Origin: Oculina patagonica
Taxonomy: Eukaryota
NCBI RefSeq assembly: GCF_052425735.1
Contig: NC_135763.1
Span: 36,022,001 to 36,086,000, forward strand
Length of the DNA: 64,000 bases
Direction of reading: 5' to 3'
Below, piece after piece: positions 58,605 through 64,000 of this stretch. The notes under the pieces are model-generated. The model was not told where the DNA came from and made no database searches. It was given only the letters and a program-made list of their open reading frames with translations. The position numbers and the translations under genes were made by a program. Every line of letters begins with the position of its first letter. The first letter of the stretch is position 1.

Positions 58605-61400
58605 CCACAATAAGAGTACAAATTGCGTTTATTTCCACTCGATGAATGAAATACTTTCATCTGTAAAAAATTCTGAGTTTTCTGAATCACAGATTGGTCA
58701 TAAAAACATTTTAGTAAAAATCTGATTTATAAATACCTCGATCAGAAAAGACTGTATACATGCATATAATATCGCAACACATTCACATGATAAATGCAAC
58801 TGCAAAGCTAGTTTAGTCCTTGACCTCTCCAATTGGTTGCCATGTAATCAGAGTCATTTGCATCTGAGTTGACATCATGTAAGCACATTTGAAATATATA
58901 CCAGATATTAAGTTCCAAACTATCTTTATTTACTACCGGTATTTTTATTTATTGAGCATTCCATTTTTATTTTATTTAAAGCTTATGTAGTTAATATTTT
59001 TAGCAACTTAAGAATTCAGTAAATACATTGAGATTAAGATGAGCCACCTAACTACATAAGGTTTCAATGAGCGATAAAACCTCAGGCACATTTACATTTG
59101 TAAAATTTTCAAATGTAAATGTATGGCATGCCGTCATTGATTTATTATGTAATTTTGTTGCTCATCGTTCAACTGAAGTATTAAAATTATACTATTTTAT
59201 TGCTATTTTATATGTTTCTGTTGGTTCAGTATTATTCAAAAATATTGTCATTTGGAACCTATTTTAAGTTTTACTTTCCATACATGGTTACATGTGGAAA
59301 TCCCAGATTGAAATCTATTTTTGGCAACCAACTAAAGAGGTCAGAGATGAAACTGGTTTTGTAGCCACATATTTTGCCTAAATGTGTGTTGAAAGTGAAT
59401 GCCAACAAGGACTCCCCTATTTAAGATGCTGTTTAGCTATGCTTTCTTTTCTATATATATCAATTCTCCTTACTATTTCACATACATTTCTTTAAATGTT
59501 AGTTCGGAGAATTTAGCGGTACATCGAGACAATATTCTCTAGTTGATGATTGTCTTTGTTCTCATCACTTGACTGATGAAAAGTGGATTAATAATGTAAA
59601 GAGAAACCAGTTGTTGATCACTTGATCTTCTCTGTCATGCTTGTCAGTGACGACAGGAATCTTGACTGGACCACAGACAAAGCTACATGCATGTTCTTTT
59701 AGACGTTGATCTTCACTGCAAGCTTTTGATTTGCAATGTTATGAATTTGAAAGTATTTGCTGCATTAAGTGATGGTGAGTTCAGAAAAAAAAATTAAGGC
59801 TCTGTCTTCTTCTAAGAATTGTTTTGGACTGGGATAGGATCCTGTGAAACAGAGCCTGCGAAGACAAAAAGAAAAAAAATAACTGAAGATTTGCGAGAAA
59901 GAGATGGCTAGGTGAATCTTCTAGATGGAAATTGAGTCATTTACAGATAAGTGCAACTACTTGAATGGGGTCACTTGGAAAAACATTAAATAAGTGTTAA
60001 AATGATTAAAAGAGACTACCGGTATCTAGCTGCGCATAGCATTGCGAAAGGCCTGTCACCCCACCAGTATCTTACGGAATTCAGTCCATATTTGGTGATA
60101 AAAAAGGTCGCTATCCTTTGTTCTCAGCTACACGTTGTTTTGACATGTTCCTACAACATGCCCTCTCATGTTCAAAGATGTATATAAAAGAAGTATATAT
60201 TTTAATAGTAAATACCATTTTTCTAAGGTCCTCTTTCTTCGTAACAAAGCACCATCTCTGCTACTTAGTAAGGAACCAATTGACACAACAGTAAGTTAGT
60301 TGATTTGGTGTCTGTATTGACTGGAATCCAACTAAAAGAATAAAGAAAGTAAATGACTAGTTAATATGTACCATTAGAAAATGCAAACTCAGGATAATTA
60401 TTAGCAAGCTCAGAAATCGACAAAATAAATTATGAAGACAAAAACATTCAAAGATCATGTTACTATCCATACTATATATTAATTTATTTCACTATAACTT
60501 TACTAACCTAGAAGAGTACTGGTGAAATATGTCCTTTCCCATACTTGGCCAACATCAGTCAACATCAATTGTCCCAGCCTGGAGGATCAAAGAAAGTACA
60601 TTGCAGTGTAACCATTTTATAAGTGTATCCAAGTTGTTTCACTGTAACAATTACATTCTTGAGAACACTTAACCTCGAATTATTTTTTTTTTTTTTTTAT
60701 TTTACACTTACAGTTCAGGCTTATTGTTTCCTTCCAGACATAATACTGGTACTTTTCTGGGGTATTTATTGTGCACCTCCCCCTCCTGCCCCCCCCCCCC
60801 CTCCCCCTCGCCCCAACCCCGTTCTGTTGCGCTGCCTATGGCTTACCATTTTTCCTTGTAACATAATTGCAAGTCCATGAAATCTTTTTATCAATCGCAC
60901 TTTTGCCAACTTTTCCTTTGCCAAACAAAATAAGGCTCATGTGGTAGGAAGGCTTTAACACTTCACCGATAAACCTGAAAAAATAATCAAATATAAGCTT
61001 GTTATACATATATGAACATATTATATGTCGTAGCTCCTTGAGAATTAGCAATCACTGCCATTCCTGAACGCATTCTGCATAAGCTGGATTAGACTGCATT
61101 CATTTCTAGTCAAATTCGTAAATTAACACAAGCCTTCAGTCTTTGGCCAGGGATTAAAACGCAACATGGAGTTTAATACTGGCTACTAGAGCCTAGAAGC
61201 GGAAGTATTTGGGCACATTTACCAGCCGGATTCCAAAGAAGAAACTGAAAGTGTGTGTTTGAAAAGCTTCAACGAACTGATAAATATTCTGCCTGGTATG
61301 TTTTTTTTTAAAGAAAAGTGGGTTAACAAACTGCGCATGTTGATTTAAAAAGAACATTGGACATCCTAACTTACCGTCCGCCATCTTGAATTTGACAGAA
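58605..61400 (-). other. Possible multi-exon short-ORF / non-coding (snoRNA-host-like) gene
   Basis: YY1-type AAGATGGCGG start with donor G|GTAAGT (61375). In-phase exons 61244-61223 and 60974-60847. The next exon (~60577) stops the ORF at ~57 codons. Further acceptors at ~60331, ~59856, ~59331 and ~58660, and a minus-strand AATAAA at ~58630. Confidence 0.35.
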
Positions 61401-62791
61401 AAACTGCTGAACATCTATTTGTACTGTCGGCTCAAGAGACTCTAATTCGTTCCCAGGGTTTTCTCTTCCATGGCGATTCTGCAAGCCGACAAAAAATATT
61501 TATAAGAGTTTTTGTCCTGAAAAAATAAGTCCGGAGTACAAACAGAAGCCGTGTGCGCTCCTACAAACATGTATAAAGTCCACAATTCCGACTTCCGAAA
61601 ATTGTCGAAAATGACGAAGACGTCCACCTTGCCATTTCTGAAAGTGGCCGAAGCTTTTTGACGCGAAAGCCGAAAGCCGAAAGTTCAACTATGAGCGAGA
61701 AAGAATGAGTGAGTGAATTTCGAAGGCGTTCCCGACGTTTTTCGAACATACTCTGCGATGCCCGAAGATGTTCGGAATACGATGATTTGACGCAGCCGAA
61801 GATGTCGGAAGCTTTCCGAAGACTGCCTTGGGCTTAGTGCCCAGTCCCACAATGCATTTTACTAGGTTTGACGGATTTGATAATTCATGGGATTACGATT
61901 GAATCGAATAAACAAACTGCTGGGTTTCTGATCGAGACAGCGCATGACAGACATTATAATTCAGCAACTGTGCATGTCCGTTGTATGTCGGTAAATGAAC
62001 GATTTCTTCGAATTCGTAAAAACAAATATTTAATATATGGGGGGAGGAAAAATATTTTTTTATCTACCATTGAGTGGACTGAGAATAAATTTTATAACAT
62101 GTTTTCCTCCCTTTGAAGAGTGAACATTAAGATGTTTTGTTAGTTAACAAAACTCAAACAACAACAACAGCAGCAATAACAAATGGGCATCTTATCTATA
62201 CACACTTTCGTTCATTAAACTTTTAATTAAATAATGATCGTGTATAAATAAAGGTTGTATACAAGTATGTATTTAACAATATAACAATAGCACTGAGAAG
62301 AAGAAAGGATACCAGTTTCCAGAGGCAGACCTGAAAAATATCGAAAAGAAAGAGGAAACGAGAAGGAAACAAAGAAGAAGAAAACGCATGTACGATGATC
62401 TATATTATCATACATTGTGTTATATGAATTTACAATTATACGTCACCATGTATTAAAATATAATAACAATACACTAGTTATATAGTGCTAGTTGCATTAT
62501 TTGTTCTTACATGTACATACATTGCCCAAAAATAATCTTACATGTACAGATTGATACATGATCATCTTGTTGCCTTACATGATCTTACCTAGCCATACAT
62601 TGTGATACATGGACCTACATAATCTTACATGACCATTAATTAGATACAGTTCTAGCCCTACAATTAAGGCCTTACATAGCCATCCTTTGTCAGTCAACAA
62701 AGCCTTATGTAGTAATCATTCGTAGTCAGTCTGGCGGGCAGTCATGGTCTTTTTCCTGTCTTATGTGAAACATAACTAACAGGTTAGTAGA

Positions 62792-62883
62792 CTTAACAAT
62801 TATTCCACAAACGTGCAAATTGTTGAATATGAGATGGCCGGCTATCATCGCATATCCAACAAGCGCGGGTGGAATAATTGTTT
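62792..62883. mobile_element. Short MITE (ACAATTATTCCA...TGGAATAATTGT); second copy 63890-63989
   Basis: Terminal inverted repeats, and two similar copies with a shared 5' flank. Confidence 0.65.
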
Positions 62884-63148
62884 AACTAAAGCACGGTTAA
62901 AGCTATGAAAATGCGGTAATGCCACAGTTTTTAACGATGCATATATGCATGTTGTTCTTTCTCGAATTTCTAGGAGGTATATCACATGAAATTAAAGTCC
63001 GTTTTATTTGTTCTTGTGGCCCTCTAGGCCACACGACTGTTTCAGTGATCAGGATTGATTTACAGTATATTTTTGACATTTTAAAATGATCCTCTGGCAC
63101 ATCAATGAGTGAATCAACTAGGAGTCACTCACGCGCTGTTCCCATCAT

Positions 63149-63221
63149 GGCTCTGTGGCTCAGATGGTAGAGCAGTGGACCTGTAACCCGAAGGTTGTGG
63201 GTTCGAATCCCACCTAAGCCC
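63149..63221 (+). pseudogene. tRNA-like Pol III unit (tRNA pseudogene or solo SINE head; Tyr-GTA/Thr-TGT-like loop)
   Basis: A-box TGGCTCAGATGG, D-stem GCTC/GAGC, T-arm GTGGG-TTCGAAT-CCCAC and TTTTT at 63223. The acceptor stem has 2 mismatches and the anticodon stem pairs poorly. Confidence 0.65.
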
Positions 63222-64000
63222 CTTTTTGTTTAAGGGGGCATACTTTTTATACATGTTATAGTTTCGAATAATCCCCAGGCACGTAAATAAAGGTTATGGG
63301 TTTGAATCCCTACCTTTCTCGCATACTAGAAAGCACAACTCTTTTTCGAAACGATCCGGACATTGTAAAAATTGTAAAAAAATGATATCATTTTCATACC
63401 CTATTAAACTATACCTAGTAATTTTGTTTAAATTTTGATATTTCAGTCCAACTGACATAAAGCCAGTTCGTTCTCTGACCAAATGGACACAGGCACACGC
63501 TCAGGTTCGTGCGTTAGCACTGGCAGGGGTTCATGTCTTCGCAAGCACTCGCATGGCAGTCACACTGGCACTGGCTCTGTGTCATAAGGTCAGACGGAAG
63601 AAACAAAGGCCGCAATATTTAGAGAGGAAGCCACATCAGCCATAGCTGGTTTTCATGTGGGTCTTATTTCCAGATCGAATTTGAATTTAAATTTCATTTT
63701 GTTTTTTAGAAGGAAGGAAACCCGAAGTGCCTGGAGAAAAATCCCTCGGAGCAAGGCGAGAACCAAACAACAAACTCAGCCCAACTACTTATCTATTTAT
63801 ATAATCATACTTTACCCTACATAATAGTCCGGTGGGCATCAACGGTCTTCTTCCTGTCTAATGCGATTCATAACTGAGAAGTTAGTATACTTAACAATTA
63901 TTCCACAAACGCACAAACTGTTGAATATAAGATGACCGGCTATCATGGTAACTTTATAACCAACAACTAGCGTGAGTGGAATAATTGTTCTACATATATA

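Overview
Eukaryotic, AT-rich, intron-containing DNA, most likely from a scleractinian coral (inferred from the repeat families and the intronless GPCR expansion). It has three assembly gaps (2061-2206, 54203-54393, 57667-57808) and some homopolymer-error patches. Spliced genes were rebuilt by hand from GT-AG sites and codon phase. (1) A 3-exon secreted Gly/Tyr-rich peptide precursor ending NWWPWG* (minus, 2012-4711). (2) A 12-coding-exon p53/p63/p73-family gene (plus, 10719-19731, 547 aa). It lacks a SAM domain but keeps TAp63alpha-like TA1/TA2 elements, an LxRxxS + S+3/+6/+9 phospho-relay and the AVRFTLR inhibitory strand, and has a perfect 20/20 p53 response element next to an E2F site upstream. 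(3) An 8-exon LRR/LRRcap protein ending in a CaaX box (plus, 23776-27910). (4) A 6-exon unknown coiled-coil protein (minus, 31327-37613). (5) A birth-and-death cluster of intronless rhodopsin-type GPCRs with NPCIC in place of NPxxY (45.5-57.2 kb). (6) A possible multi-exon non-coding or short-ORF gene (minus, ~58.6-61.4 kb). Also present: a Penelope GIY-YIG fragment with a minimal hammerhead-like motif, three tRNA-derived SINEs, many MITEs, a tRNA-like Pol III unit, and two unexplained GC-rich structured islands sharing a motif (29.3-29.5 kb and 48.3-48.6 kb).
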